DNA from: Minutocellus sp. GHC0000111
Taxonomy: Eukaryota
DNA length: 64,000 nt
NCBI GenBank assembly: GCA_977018835.1
Contig: OZ361258.1
Location: 1,488,001-1,552,000, forward strand
Direction: 5' to 3'
Under the pieces are notes generated by a model. It searched no databases. It was not told the origin of the DNA and was given only the letters and a program-made list of their open reading frames with translations. The stretch's first letter is position 1. Every line of letters begins with the position of its first letter. A program made the position numbers and the translations under genes. This document shows, piece after piece, positions 44,088 through 55,116 of the stretch.

Positions 44088-47000
44088 TTATTCTTCTACA
44101 TTATCCACGCTAAGAATAAGATAAGCCAGAAAGTGTCCCAATTCCTTTGCCGTGCACTTGCTCAGCGCCTTGGATGTAATTTCGTCATCCGAGGCATTGG
44201 CCAATTCCTCAATCGATGTACTATCGCTCCTCTTCTTATCTACAAATACCAAAGCGCTTCCTCTGCTAATTCCAAAGTCTTGAAGCATTTCCTTGAATGT
44301 TTTTGTATAGAGTTTACAGGCTCCCTTGATACGAAGGTCAGACATTTCCACAAGAGCGTGCTGGATAAGGCTGAGCAAATGCTCTCCGCCTTCTTGAGCA
44401 GCATCTGTGTCGCTTTCTCTTTCGCCTTCTAAGACTAGGTCGGGTGGTGATACATCTGTGAGTGCTATGGGCTTTGTAGCGGTGTGGAGCGCGGCTTGTG
44501 TGTCGGTAGCCAAGGCTGTGCTACCATTGGTGCTTGGGGAGGTCGAAGCTTCGCGTTCTGGGCGATATCCCTCGGGAACCTTGTAGCTTTTGGCGAAATG
44601 GCCCGGTAGGTTTTCTCCAGCCATGGAGTATTTGATGCCGTAATCGTCACTCCAACTGATACTGTCGCTCTTTTTGCCGCGGCGATTTACCTTTGTTTTA
44701 GGCATGAGCTCTCGTAGAAATCGGCTCGGCTTCGCCTGGCTTGAAATATGCTTTCTTCGACCGCCTGGACCAATGTGAGGAACCCTTTCAGTAGTCGGAT
44801 AAGTGATGACTGCGCGCTGCCTGGCGCGAGTCAGTGCAACATAGGCAAGGCGTCGTTCTTCGTCAAGTCTTCCAGCGGATACTGCTGAAGGATGTGGGAA
44901 GGTACCCTCGGCCCAACCACAAAGATAAACATCGTCAAACTCATCTCCTTTGCATCGGTGCATGGTTATAAGCTTTACTGGCTTGATGTGCATGGGAGCA
45001 TCCTTTCCTCTTGGTTTGAGCGGTGCTATCTTGTTGTCAACGCGCGATGAGGTAGACATAATTCGCGCATCTTTGTCGTCATAGGGGATACCGTGGCTCA
45101 ACAACATTTCTTGAATAATATTGAGCTCCGATGACGATCGAACGACAATGGCAACATCCGTAGGGTCGAACAACGACCACTCTTCTCCAGCACTGGGCGA
45201 AGATCTGACACGAGCGTCAACAAGTTGGGCGAGAGCCTTGGAACATCGTTGGATCCTTTCCTTGGACCGCTTTCTAATGGATGCAGCAATGAATTTGGCT
45301 TCTTCTCGGGAATCCCAGAGCTCTTGTATGGAGATGGTGCTGCAGGACTCGGATAATATTTTCTTCAGGGCTAATTCTTCCTCTTTTGGACCCACATCAA
45401 GTGGGCGTGATAGCCCGGGCTGTTGCAATATTTTGGACGCCATTGCAGTGCTAGCAGCTGGACTTACGACAAACGTTGTCATAGAGTCCACTTCTTCCTC
45501 CTCGCTGTCGTGTTTGTTGTTGGCCGAAATGAGTTTACTCGCCGCCTCCATGATGCTCCGGGGCAATCGATAGTTGGTTCCCAAAGGAATGAGCACTCCC
45601 TGGGGATAGTCTTCCAGGAATTTATCAACTGTGAGCGACGGCTCTGCTCCCCGCCAGCCATACAATGACTGGTTGGAGTCGCCGGCACAAAATAGACGCG
45701 GGACATCGTAGCATATGGGCTGCGTTTTTGGTCTACGTCCCTTGTCAGAACGAGGTTGCTTCGTCGATTCCTCCTCGCGCCCACGAAGCACGAGTCGAAG
45801 AAGTGCGTGTTGCGATACACTGACATCCTGATATTCGTCGAGTATAACATGCTTCAGCTTTGCCCGTAAGGCAGATAAGGAGTCAGGATTGGCAACCAAA
45901 AAGTCACGAGCCAACGACGCAAGGTCCGAAGGATCAGCTGTGCCAGCTTCCGCGTGGGCGTTCTGATACTCCGGGTATACATCCAGTGCCAGAATCGCAG
46001 TACTTTGGGGCACTCCCCATCTCACAGCCATTTCTACGCAATTTTGCCGCATTTGGTTGGTTTTGTCAGTTGTGTCTTTGCTTTGCATTTGACTTTTTGC
46101 CGAAATATTGTGCCCGGCTCTACCACTGTATGGTAGCGCCGGCAAGAGCAGCCCAGATTCCTTCCAGAGATCAATACATCGAACAACATTCGCAACAACC
46201 ACTCTCATATTCTGATTGGAAACCTCCATTGCCGCATTGAACCGATGACGGTATGTTTTCATTGCATTTTCGTTCGATATTGTCAAAGATGATCGTCTCC
46301 TCCCATCGGTGTTATCACCAGATCCAACAATACTCGTTATGCTGGCCTTCACCATCTTATGCATATCCTTGGCAGCCACAATTCGTGGACTTCCACCCTT
46401 TTGACGAGCATATTTTTTCAGAATACCCGAGGCAAAGGCATGCACGGTGCCAGACCAAAGTTTGTTTCCGAGTTCCTTCCTCCTTTGGGTCGCAGATGCA
46501 GAAATACCTCCCGCATTTGGTATTTGTACCACCTTCCCGCTATCAGTTGCATTCTCGTCACTCTTTGTCGGATACAACAGCTCCAAAGCCCGTTCTTTGA
46601 TTGCCGCGGCATCTCGATTGGTAAAGCTAAGAATAACCATATTTTCCGCTTCGGTTTGACCACTCTGAAGGAGATAGGCGATTCTGGCTGCCAAGACACT
46701 GGATTTGCCTGTCCCAGGTCCGGATTGCAACAAAACCGCAGGAGCGTTGGCACTTATTGAGTTGAGTTGCTCCTCGTCCTCGATACGACCTGCGCTTATA
46801 CCGAAATGCTTTGGTGGCTGTTGAAGCAAATCCCTTTCTTTGCTTTCTCCCCTTTTTGTTGATTGAAAATTGATGGTGCCATTGTTGGCATCATCGTCGA
46901 CATTCGCCACCTCGGGCGTCGGAACGGGCGTGAAAAGGTCATTCTGATCATCCAGCCGCTGGAGACGCTGCAGCCGACGTGTCATGCTATCCAGCAGCGG

Positions 47001-47219
47001 CGCAATGTATGGATCCCGGCCATCTTCTCGCGACTCCCGTTCGCTTCCCGATGCGGCCGATGCCGATAATTGTGGAGCCACCACCGCTGACGTCGGCTGG
47101 TGCCAGCGTATCCGAGACAGCTTCGTCGTGTCATAACCTGTTGGTTGGTCGAGAAAGGATCTGCCAGGTTGCGGCAGAGATAATAGAACCAACACGTGCA
47201 GCGGTATTGAGAGCCTCAT
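44088..47219 (-). CDS. uvrD: UvrD/Rep/PcrA-family SF1 helicase, probable plastid targeting
   Basis: SGPGTGKS, ILSFTN, TVHAF, ILDEYQD, GDSNQSLYGWRGA, NYR, TMHRCKGDEFD, EERRLAYVALTRAR. Signal MRLSIPLHVLVLLSLPQPGRSFL. Confidence 0.9.
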   Translation of the reverse strand: MRLSIPLHVLVLLSLPQPGRSFLDQPTGYDTTKLSRIRWHQPTSAVVAPQLSASAASGSERESREDGRDPYIAPLLDSMTRRLQRLQRLDDQNDLFTPVPTPEVANVDDDANNGTINFQSTKRGESKERDLLQQPPKHFGISAGRIEDEEQLNSISANAPAVLLQSGPGTGKSSVLAARIAYLLQSGQTEAENMVILSFTNRDAAAIKERALELLYPTKSDENATDSGKVVQIPNAGGISASATQRRKELGNKLWSGTVHAFASGILKKYARQKGGSPRIVAAKDMHKMVKASITSIVGSGDNTDGRRRSSLTISNENAMKTYRHRFNAAMEVSNQNMRVVVANVVRCIDLWKESGLLLPALPYSGRAGHNISAKSQMQSKDTTDKTNQMRQNCVEMAVRWGVPQSTAILALDVYPEYQNAHAEAGTADPSDLASLARDFLVANPDSLSALRAKLKHVILDEYQDVSVSQHALLRLVLRGREEESTKQPRSDKGRRPKTQPICYDVPRLFCAGDSNQSLYGWRGAEPSLTVDKFLEDYPQGVLIPLGTNYRLPRSIMEAASKLISANNKHDSEEEEVDSMTTFVVSPAASTAMASKILQQPGLSRPLDVGPKEEELALKKILSESCSTISIQELWDSREEAKFIAASIRKRSKERIQRCSKALAQLVDARVRSSPSAGEEWSLFDPTDVAIVVRSSSELNIIQEMLLSHGIPYDDKDARIMSTSSRVDNKIAPLKPRGKDAPMHIKPVKLITMHRCKGDEFDDVYLCGWAEGTFPHPSAVSAGRLDEERRLAYVALTRARQRAVITYPTTERVPHIGPGGRRKHISSQAKPSRFLRELMPKTKVNRRGKKSDSISWSDDYGIKYSMAGENLPGHFAKSYKVPEGYRPEREASTSPSTNGSTALATDTQAALHTATKPIALTDVSPPDLVLEGERESDTDAAQEGGEHLLSLIQHALVEMSDLRIKGACKLYTKTFKEMLQDFGISRGSALVFVDKKRSDSTSIEELANASDDEITSKALSKCTAKELGHFLAYLILSVDNVEE

Positions 47220-47603
47220 CTGTGACCATGATGCGGCGGGGAAAGCAAGTTCGACGTCGTAGCAGAGGTGCCTGCTTACCGGTATCTTCGACCGAATGAC
47301 TGTGACGACCGAGCAGGAGGCGGGTGGAGCTGAGCTAAGCGGTGGGCGTGAGCTGAGCGAGGTGACGGCAAGACGCCAATGTGATGGATAGACGGACAGA
47401 CGAAGACTACAGAGCGCGAGCGAAGATGATCCGTGATCCGTGTCCATCCCCTGCGACCTTGCCTTGCCACACTGCCTGGCTGGCAAAGAAGGACGAAACA
47501 CGAACATAAAGAAAGAACAGAAGAGAGCTCAACGCTACATATTAGAGCTCCTTATATCAACAGCCCTGGATCTACCTGTAGTCTTAGAGGGGTTCTTATC
47601 TCT

Positions 47604-48425
47604 CTACTTTTCAGCATCAGGCACGCTGCCGTCATCGCTGACCGACAGTGCCAGACTCTTGGCAAGGTGTTCCTCCACTATTTTGCGCGTCCGTTCCTTC
47701 ACCTCGAGGATCTTTCGTACCATGACGAACTTTCTCCCGCCGGCGTACTTGTACTGACATCGGGCCTTCATAACTTCGAATTCTCGGCACTCGTTGCCGA
47801 CGGTAATTTCGATCAGATCTCCGCAATTTGTGGTCTTGTCCAGCTGGTAGCTGCCCAATATCTTGTGGAAGGATCCATCGTCCTGCTGCACCTTGATACT
47901 GGATGCAATTCCATCGCTATTGTTCACTCCTGCCAGCCGATGCTTCGAGGACACCTTCCCTTGCTGACCCTTGTTGCCCAACTTGTGCTTCTTCTTTTCC
48001 ATATCTCGTCTGGTATTCTTTTTCGCCTCGCTCTTCATCTTCTCCTTGGGCGTGTAGGGGTCAGGAGTGCTCACTGATACGATGAACAGAAGCTCATCTC
48101 GATTGTCAATGACTTTGTATCCCTTGTACCCGTTCTTCTTCCTGCGCTTCACCGAGGCTTCTCCCTCCCCATTCTCGAGGAATTCGGCAAAGTCCTTCAT
48201 TTTCTTGGTGCCGTCCCCGTTGTTCTTGTCGTCATCTGACAGCCATCCATCAGCGTCTTCAATCTTCATACCATTCAGTGACGTGCAGTGGGACGCCGAG
48301 CAGCGCATCTGGGATGAGCAGGAGGGGGCAGGTACAAACGCATGGACCGATGGAGCTGCGAGCAATGCCGATATCGACAGTGCAGCAGCGGCGGTAACCG
48401 CTACAGAAGGCTGTGGACGCCGCAT
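47604..48425 (-). CDS. Hypothetical plastid-targeted protein
   Basis: Bipartite presequence ...ALLAAPSVHAFVPAPS. Folded-looking C-terminal domain (TNCGDLIEI...ARCQYKYAGG). Confidence 0.7.
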   Translation of the reverse strand: MRRPQPSVAVTAAAALSISALLAAPSVHAFVPAPSCSSQMRCSASHCTSLNGMKIEDADGWLSDDDKNNGDGTKKMKDFAEFLENGEGEASVKRRKKNGYKGYKVIDNRDELLFIVSVSTPDPYTPKEKMKSEAKKNTRRDMEKKKHKLGNKGQQGKVSSKHRLAGVNNSDGIASSIKVQQDDGSFHKILGSYQLDKTTNCGDLIEITVGNECREFEVMKARCQYKYAGGRKFVMVRKILEVKERTRKIVEEHLAKSLALSVSDDGSVPDAEK

Positions 48426-48782
48426 TGGCCGCGGTCGTGCCGATCTTGGCGGATTGGAATCAGCTGAGAAAGACATGCCGTCGTGGGGATTGCGATGAAT
48501 GGATGGACGGGTGAATAAGTTTCGAGAGATGGCGGAGCGGCGAGGTACTACGGACCGTAGTAAGTGATCCCATTGTGTCGAGTCAGCCGAATTCTTTGCT
48601 GTTGCGCTGTTGCGCTGTTGCGTTGCCGACGTGGTCGCAGCCGTACGTAGCATTGACCTCGTACGAGCCCCTGCGTTGACGGTCATCATTGCATGATTCC
48701 TCGTAGATGGCGCATTGACTTCCGCAAGTTGCCGTCGGTGCGTTGTACATGCACTGGGGCGCGCCAGGTTAGGCTTGGCACC

Positions 48783-49694
48783 ATGCTTGGTCTCCATCGC
48801 GGCTTGCCCGTAGCTACCGCTGCTGCTTTTGCAGTGCTCTTTGCAACGTGTCGATCGGCTTCGGCTTGGGCCCCAGGCGCAAATTGCAACATCGCTCTAA
48901 AACCACTGACTGCGTTACGTGCTACAACTGAGCAAAGTAACGATGAGAACGAAGATACAATTGTCATTCGGAGGCGAGATGCAAATTGCGGCATCGCTCC
49001 GAAACCACTGATCGCACTACGTGCTACAACTGAACAAAGTACAGATGGGAACGAAGATACAATTGTCATTCGGAGGCGAGATGTGTTGCGTGGATTGGCA
49101 TCGGCAGCTTTGGCACCAGTTGCAATCGTCCCCGTTACGGCATCGGCCAAATGCACAGATATCGAAACCTGTCGAGAAATTGGAGATCGCAAAGTTGACG
49201 AAGACATGAAGGCCAATCCAACCACCGCGCTTCCGAGTGGAGTGCGGTACAAGGTGCTAAGACCTCCTACTGGGCGCAATTCCGACGTGCAAGCCAAAGA
49301 TGGTTCCACAGTGGACATTGCCTTTAGTATCGGTGCGAACGGAGCATACATGTACTCGAAAGGTTTTGGATTCGAGAAGATTAACGTAGATGGGAAGAAG
49401 CAGAGTGATTTGGGATTGGACAGTCTAAGAGTCAAGATTGGTAACGAGCGCAGAGATGTTCCACTGGGCATTGAACAGGCCCTCATGGGCATGACGCGTG
49501 GCGAACGGAGAAGGATTGAGCTGCCTCCAAATGTTGGCTTTGAAACGTCCCAGTGGAGACCAGAACCAGTAACGAAGAGAGGGAAGGCAAGCATTGCATC
49601 ATACAAGCGAATATTGGAAGGAGGGCCAAACCAGCCAGCATTTCCGGCGGTGACTTACTGGGACGTTGAAGTGCTGAGGATCAAGGATACATAG
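48783..49694 (+). CDS. Thylakoid-lumen FKBP-type PPIase-like protein
   Basis: Signal+ASAWAP, IRRRDVL twin-arginine, ASA cleavage; LPSGVRYKVL, VPLGIEQALMGMTRGERRRIELPPNVGF, WDVEVLRI. Confidence 0.85.
   Translation: MLGLHRGLPVATAAAFAVLFATCRSASAWAPGANCNIALKPLTALRATTEQSNDENEDTIVIRRRDANCGIAPKPLIALRATTEQSTDGNEDTIVIRRRDVLRGLASAALAPVAIVPVTASAKCTDIETCREIGDRKVDEDMKANPTTALPSGVRYKVLRPPTGRNSDVQAKDGSTVDIAFSIGANGAYMYSKGFGFEKINVDGKKQSDLGLDSLRVKIGNERRDVPLGIEQALMGMTRGERRRIELPPNVGFETSQWRPEPVTKRGKASIASYKRILEGGPNQPAFPAVTYWDVEVLRIKDT
48879..49082 (+). repeat. 102-bp tandem duplication inside the FKBP transit peptide
   Basis: ANCNIALKPLTALRATTEQSNDENEDTIVIRRRD followed by ANCGIAPKPLIALRATTEQSTDGNEDTIVIRRRD. Confidence 0.9.
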
Positions 49695-49753
49695 TATTGG
49701 TGCGGCATAAAAAATAACTGTATGATCGTACTACGACTGATATGTAGGAAATA

Positions 49754-52212
49754 TTAACGGCGTATTTTTGCGTTCCTACTCCATTCTGCTGGAAAATCTT
49801 TGACCGATACATCTTCTCCACCACTGGCCCGCCTGCCGACCAGATTCTCAAATACTTCCCGCGGAGAGTTGCGACGCAAGTTTTGCAATATCCAATCGTT
49901 AAGGACCCCGTCTTCGCAGCAGAATTTGAATATCTCCGTAACAAGTTTGGCATACTCTTTTCCCTTCGACGCATTGGCAATTGTAATGAAGAGCGGATCA
50001 TACATCATTGGATCAGCACTTGCCAGTTGAGATGACCTTCGCAGCTTGTCAAAGGCTTCCAGAGCAACTCGAAGAGCTTTTCGCTTCGCTTGATTGTTCC
50101 CAGGTGCTCGAGCGCACGCCTTCATCACTGCACTATATGTGATAGATGTTGGAGCGACGTCCCTGTTTCCCTTATTTGCCATATTCTCCATTTCAAGCAA
50201 GATATCAAATGCCTTTGTGGCCTTGTCGGTCACGGAACTGACCGCGAGAGCGTTGATGAGAGAACTGTATGTCACGGAATTGGGCTCTGCAGCTTTCCCC
50301 ATCGATTGCATTTGCTGAAAAAGCTTCGAGGCGTGCTCATAAGCATTCTTATCTCCGCTCTTTGCCCAAGCGTCGATTACTGCAGTGAAGCTTGTTGTAT
50401 TTGGCCGGCATTCCTCTCGTCCGCCCTCGTATAGCTCCAGCATGTGACTTAGTATCGCCTCGGCTCTCTGAGCAGCGCCCTTTTCTCGACTCTTGGCCCA
50501 TGCATTCATTACTGCACTGTAGCTGATTGTGTTGGGGCAAGCATCTTCATTTCCCTGTCGGTACAGCTCTTCCATCTTTTTGAGAAGTGCCTCTGCCCTC
50601 CGCGGTGCATCGGCATCTCGACTTCTCGCCCACGCATCGATTACTGCAGTAAAGCTTGTTGTATTTGGACGACATTCCTCTCGACCAGCTTCTTGCAGCT
50701 TCAACATGCGGTTTAGTATCCCATCCGCTCTCTGCGCCGCTCCCTTCTTTCGACTCTTTGCCCACGCATTGATAACGGCGCTGTAGCAAATGGTACAAGG
50801 GCGAACATCAGCATTTCCTTGTCGGTACAGCTCTTCCATCTTTTCGAGAAGTGTCTCGGCTCTTCCTGGTGCAGCAGAATCTTTGCTTCTCGCCCAGGCG
50901 TCGATTGCTGCAGTGAAGCTTGTTGTGTTTGGACGACATTCCTCTCGACCATCTTCTTGCAGCTTCAGCATATGATTCAATATCGTCTCCGCTCTCTCCG
51001 CAGCCCCTTTCTCTCGACTCTTTGCCCATGCGTTGATGACAGAGCTGTAGCTGATTGTATCAGGGCAAACATCTTTATTTCCTTGTCGGTACAGCTCTTC
51101 CATCTTTTCGAGAAGTGTCTCGGCTCTTTCTGGTGCATCGACATCTCTGCTTCTGGCCCACGCATCGATTACTGCAGTAAAGCTTATAGCATTTGGACGG
51201 CATTCCTCTCGTCCGCCCTCGTATAGCTCCAGCATATGATTCAATATCGCCTCGGCTCTCTTAGCAGCGCCCTTTTCTCGGCTCTTGGCCCATGCGTTGA
51301 TGACGGCACTGTAGCCGATAACACCAGGCCCAACATCTTCATGACCTTGTTCGCTGAGCAGCTCCATGTGCTGCAATATTGCCTCTGCTCGCTGTGGTGC
51401 ATCCCTGATCTCACTTTTGGCCCATGCATCAAGCACCGCGCCGTAAAGGATTGTGTTTGGCTTCACCTTTTCGTTTCCAGACATCCACAGCTTCTCCAAT
51501 CGCAACAGCACTGCCTCTGCGCTTTGAGGCTCACCTATCTTGGCGAATGCATCTACTACCATCGTGTAGGACTTGGTGTCTGGTGATAAGACAGGGTCTT
51601 GGCTGTATGCTTGCTCGGCAAATGCAAGCAAGTCGTCGGCCTTCTTTGCGAATGTCGCATCCGGTCTTCGTTTTCCTCCTCTCCACGCCTGCTCGGCGGC
51701 CTTCTCACTAAGGACTCGGTGTGAGTTGAGTGTGCCGTGATGAGTTCTGCGTCCAGGCCAACGAATTTGTTTCCTGCGACTTGTTCCTCTATCAATTGTC
51801 TGAGCAGTTGGTCTGCATCGGCGACTCCCCTTGGTGTCATTCGGGAGCATCCAATGGCGATTTCCTTTTTCATTTGCTCAATCTCTTCGGCATCAAGAAG
51901 GCTGCTTCGAGACGGTGACGACGAGGAAGACAGCTGTCGACAACTACCGATTGTGGCAATGTGGCGCTGAAGACTAGATGCAGGGTGCAGAGAGGTATAA
52001 TCATACTTGCAAGCCACAAGCCCATTGGCCGTGGCATCTGACGATGATGAGTGGAGTGGAGAGGAGAAACTTACAGACGCACCCGCCGAAGATGGCCTGG
52101 TATACCTGGACCTCCTGACCCCGCCTTCTACGGTCCGACCGACGACGAATAGAGACCCTACCTCCTGTGACAGGGCACAAGGGCCGCGTAGAGCTAACAG
52201 TCGACGCACCAT
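49754..52212 (-). CDS. Pentatricopeptide-repeat-like protein with 44-aa repeats and organellar presequence; 1-bp frameshift near 51735 (pseudogene or sequence error)
   Basis: Repeats PNTTSFTAVIDAWARS / PDTISYSSVINAWAKS. ORF 52212-51556 joins ORF 51850-49754 at ELITA|LNSHRV. Confidence 0.85.
50300..51340 (-). repeat. ~4 tandem 264-bp units, each encoding a pair of 44-aa PPR-like repeats
   Basis: GATT(A/G)CTGCAGT recurs at 50375, 50639, 50903 and 51167. Confidence 0.9.
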
Positions 52213-52991
52213 CGTGATGATGGTACCACCTCTGACTCGAACGGAGTTGCAGAGTGAGTTTCATGGCACACAGCCCCATCTCGTCTTGTTTCGCCGGTCG
52301 GATGAAGCGTTTTTCGGCAGAAGACGAACACGTCACGAAGAAACCCACCAAAACCCAATCTCGTTCGTCACCCATTCTTTGACCGTCCAACACCATGGTG
52401 GTCCGTCGGCGTTGCGCCGGCGTGTAACTATATTTTCGTACCAAATACGCATTCATTATCATGTTTGGATATAGTTGAAGCTTACTGTATCCTCAGATTG
52501 GCCTCCGCTGCGTATCAACGCCACGAACCATCGGCCTACTTTTCCTCCATCTGTCGGCCGTTCGTTTCTCTGGGGTGGTGCCATTGCTCCGTCTTTGTGC
52601 TCGTCGTGCTCCCGTTGTGATGCCCCAGACCCTCTGGTACTTTCCCACGTTGTTGTTGATGATAAACTGCCGGGATTGCGCCGCACCCCCCGTATGACCG
52701 ACTCTCGCTGATCCCGACCGATCGCATCCCCACTCGACCTCCCGGAATTCCGACAATAATTTTGTGCGCCCGAGGAGAGACAGACAGTGTTGGGATAAGT
52801 TTATGCAACAATCAACCCGACAAAGGGACTTTTTGGTCTGGGAGATAAATGGGTGAGTTAAAAAGGACGTGATGTGTTTGTTTGGGTGTACTATTTGCTT
52901 TTTTGCTCAATCGCGAGATGCTGTTTGTAAAAGTTGGATTATGCAATTCATTTGCTGTTGTGTAGTAGCAGTGCAATTTCATTTTCTAATT

Positions 52992-54634
52992 TTATGCATG
53001 CCCTGCTCCCATCTCTACATCCTCATCTCCATCGGTGGCCATCATGATCATTTGTTGGCGCTTGTCATCAGTTTCTGCTTTAACAGCTTCGGTCCTTGTC
53101 CTTTTCCTTGTTCTTGCCACCCGAGAGTTTCGCTCCCGCCTCTCCTCGACCTTTGGATTGGATGCCCTCTCCTCAGCCTTGAACTGCGCCGTCTGTTGGG
53201 CCTCATGTCCCTTGACGCCCTGAGTCCGACGATCTTCCTTAACGCCCTCTTGGTGGGCTCGCTCTACAAACGATTCGTCGAGCCAATAGATGCCGCCGCC
53301 CCATCCATTCTTCACTAGCCAAATGTGTTGGTCCAAGATGTGATCTTCGAGTAAGTGCCACTTGGGCGTCATGCTAATGCCGATTGCCCGTGCTTGCTTG
53401 AGGGCACTTGCAATCAATGCTTCAAGCTCTCTCACAGCCTTCTTTGCCTCATCATCCCATTTCATGTACCATTTCAGAAACCTGGAATGTGTTGCGTCAA
53501 GAGTGTGGAGCAAATTAGAGCAAGCTTTGCAGAGCTCTTTGATGTCATCATCCGTCATGCCATCTTCCTCGCGATTGTGCTCTAGGAGAGTTCCTTTGGT
53601 GGAGGTGTTATGGTGGATGAACTCTATTGTCCTTGGTTTCTTCTCTCTTGTTGTTGCCATCAGAAATGTTAATAGACAAAGCTCTCCAGCATTCTGCCAG
53701 CACTGCCCTTATTTTACCTGAGTCGGCCGCCTCAATGCCGGCCTTTTTCAGGAAATGGAAGTGAGGGGCATCGTCATCCTCGGCATCATCGACAGCTCCC
53801 ATCTCTGGCTCGCCATCACCGTGCTTCTGACGATTCTTCTCAAAGTGCTGCTGCATGTGTGCTTCATCATGTGTAGCGTCCTCTCTTGCAATGTCAGCTT
53901 CGTCCTCATAACAGGGCACATAGTCCTCGTCTTCGTCGTCATCGTCCTCACTGATCTCGCCGGCCTCCGTCGTGGTCAGGGTGCCCACCGTCCCAACATC
54001 GTCGTCATTGTCCCACCCATCGTCCTGGCCATTGCACCCACCAGGGAACTTCTGGGCCTCGAGCAACATCTGCCTGTTGATTTCGTAGTCCATCGCCGCA
54101 CATCCCACCGATATATGTGGTGCGACCGACTTGAGGAATGCATCACATGCCTTCGTCAAATTGAGCCGCGGCGGCGGCATTTCGAGGCGAAATTGTTGCT
54201 CGACCGTGACCATCCATGTCGAAAGCCATCCATCCATCATCATGGAGAGCGTCGGCTGCACGAGGATTGATAGAACCGAGGCGAACAAATATTCTCTTTT
54301 TGTATGGGGTTCGCTGAACGTCGTCGGCAAGGCAGTGTCTTGATACCATTTCATCCCATCCATTCTGGTTGTCTGTCCTCACAAAAAACACGTCGCAGTC
54401 TTCGTGTTTCTTCTTCTTCAAACCCAAGATGCCCGCAGTGCACATGACGGCGCCGTACATGATGGGACTGCATCCCAACACATTCATCAAGGAGTCGTTG
54501 TTGTTGCCGATGAAATTGTAGTAATGAAGTTCCTTTCTGCGAAGACGGACGAGTAGTTCAGCCAGGGCGTCCTGCACCGCAACTCTGTCTGCGGTGTTGA
54601 CCGCGGGATTGCGGCCGTTATTTTTTTTGCTCAT
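52992..54634 (-). pseudogene. RAG1/Transib/Chapaev-like transposase remnant: frameshifted (~54205, ~53665) and internally deleted (~53583)
   Basis: C-terminal GISMTPKWHLLEDHILDQ...GIYWLDESFVERAHQEG matches the TPKxHxxxxH...ExxExxH signature. The N-terminal part plus acidic tract is present, but the DD core is not visible. Confidence 0.65.
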
Positions 54635-55108
54635 GGAGAATTATGGATCGAGACCAACGGGAATATCACCAGGATGTCGGGAGTACCTGGTTGGTCTCGT
54701 GCCGTAATTCTCCCACACCAGCGCGAGATATCGCCTTCGTTCTGCACGTAGCGGCGGCAATTTGAATTTTTGCCGCCATGGTGGCTCGCGTTGGGCGCGC
54801 CGGTCGGTTGCTTCGCGCGCCGGCCGGCCACCGAAAGTGCGACCAAAAGTATGCGAGTCATCCGGCTGGCAGATGGTGCTGTGGGCATGGCGTTGACTTG
54901 AAAGCAGCGAGCAGCGCAGGTGCAACGGCCAGACGTGTCTCATTTTTTGCGCCTTGCTTCCGAACTTTACCCGGGTGTTTCGGGGGGATTCCTGGGTAAA
55001 GTTTGGCTCGCATGTTTGCTGCGAGAAGACTTCAAGATTTTCCCGCGATGCCAAGCACCAACTGAAAGCGCATCTTGGCTGCGAGCCAAAATAAAAAACA
55101 GAAGTCTT
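54635..55108. other. Array of adjacent inverted repeats (hairpins) filling the divergent spacer
   Basis: Stems: 54635-58/54690-713 (21/24 bp), 54753-60/54770-77, 54780-85/54827-32, 54960-75/54991-55006, 55007-12/55020-25, and 55026-33/55101-08 with inner 55050-55/55074-79. Confidence 0.8.
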
Positions 55109-55116
55109 TTGACACC

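Noticed and set aside
48686..49606. Long antisense/overlapping ORFs (e.g. 306 aa here, 274 aa at 31949, 227 aa at 20493)
   Set aside because: Shadows of GC3-rich genes on the opposite strand, with no recognisable motifs.
52783..52802. GACAGTG as an RSS-heptamer-like TIR start for the RAG-like remnant
   Set aside because: No convincing inverted partner was found on the other side; a 6/7 match is expected by chance.
54642..54646. TATGG as a Crypton terminal repeat
   Set aside because: No matching copy just downstream of the YR gene (the first one I noticed lies inside the SNF2 ORF), and it is part of a hairpin stem.
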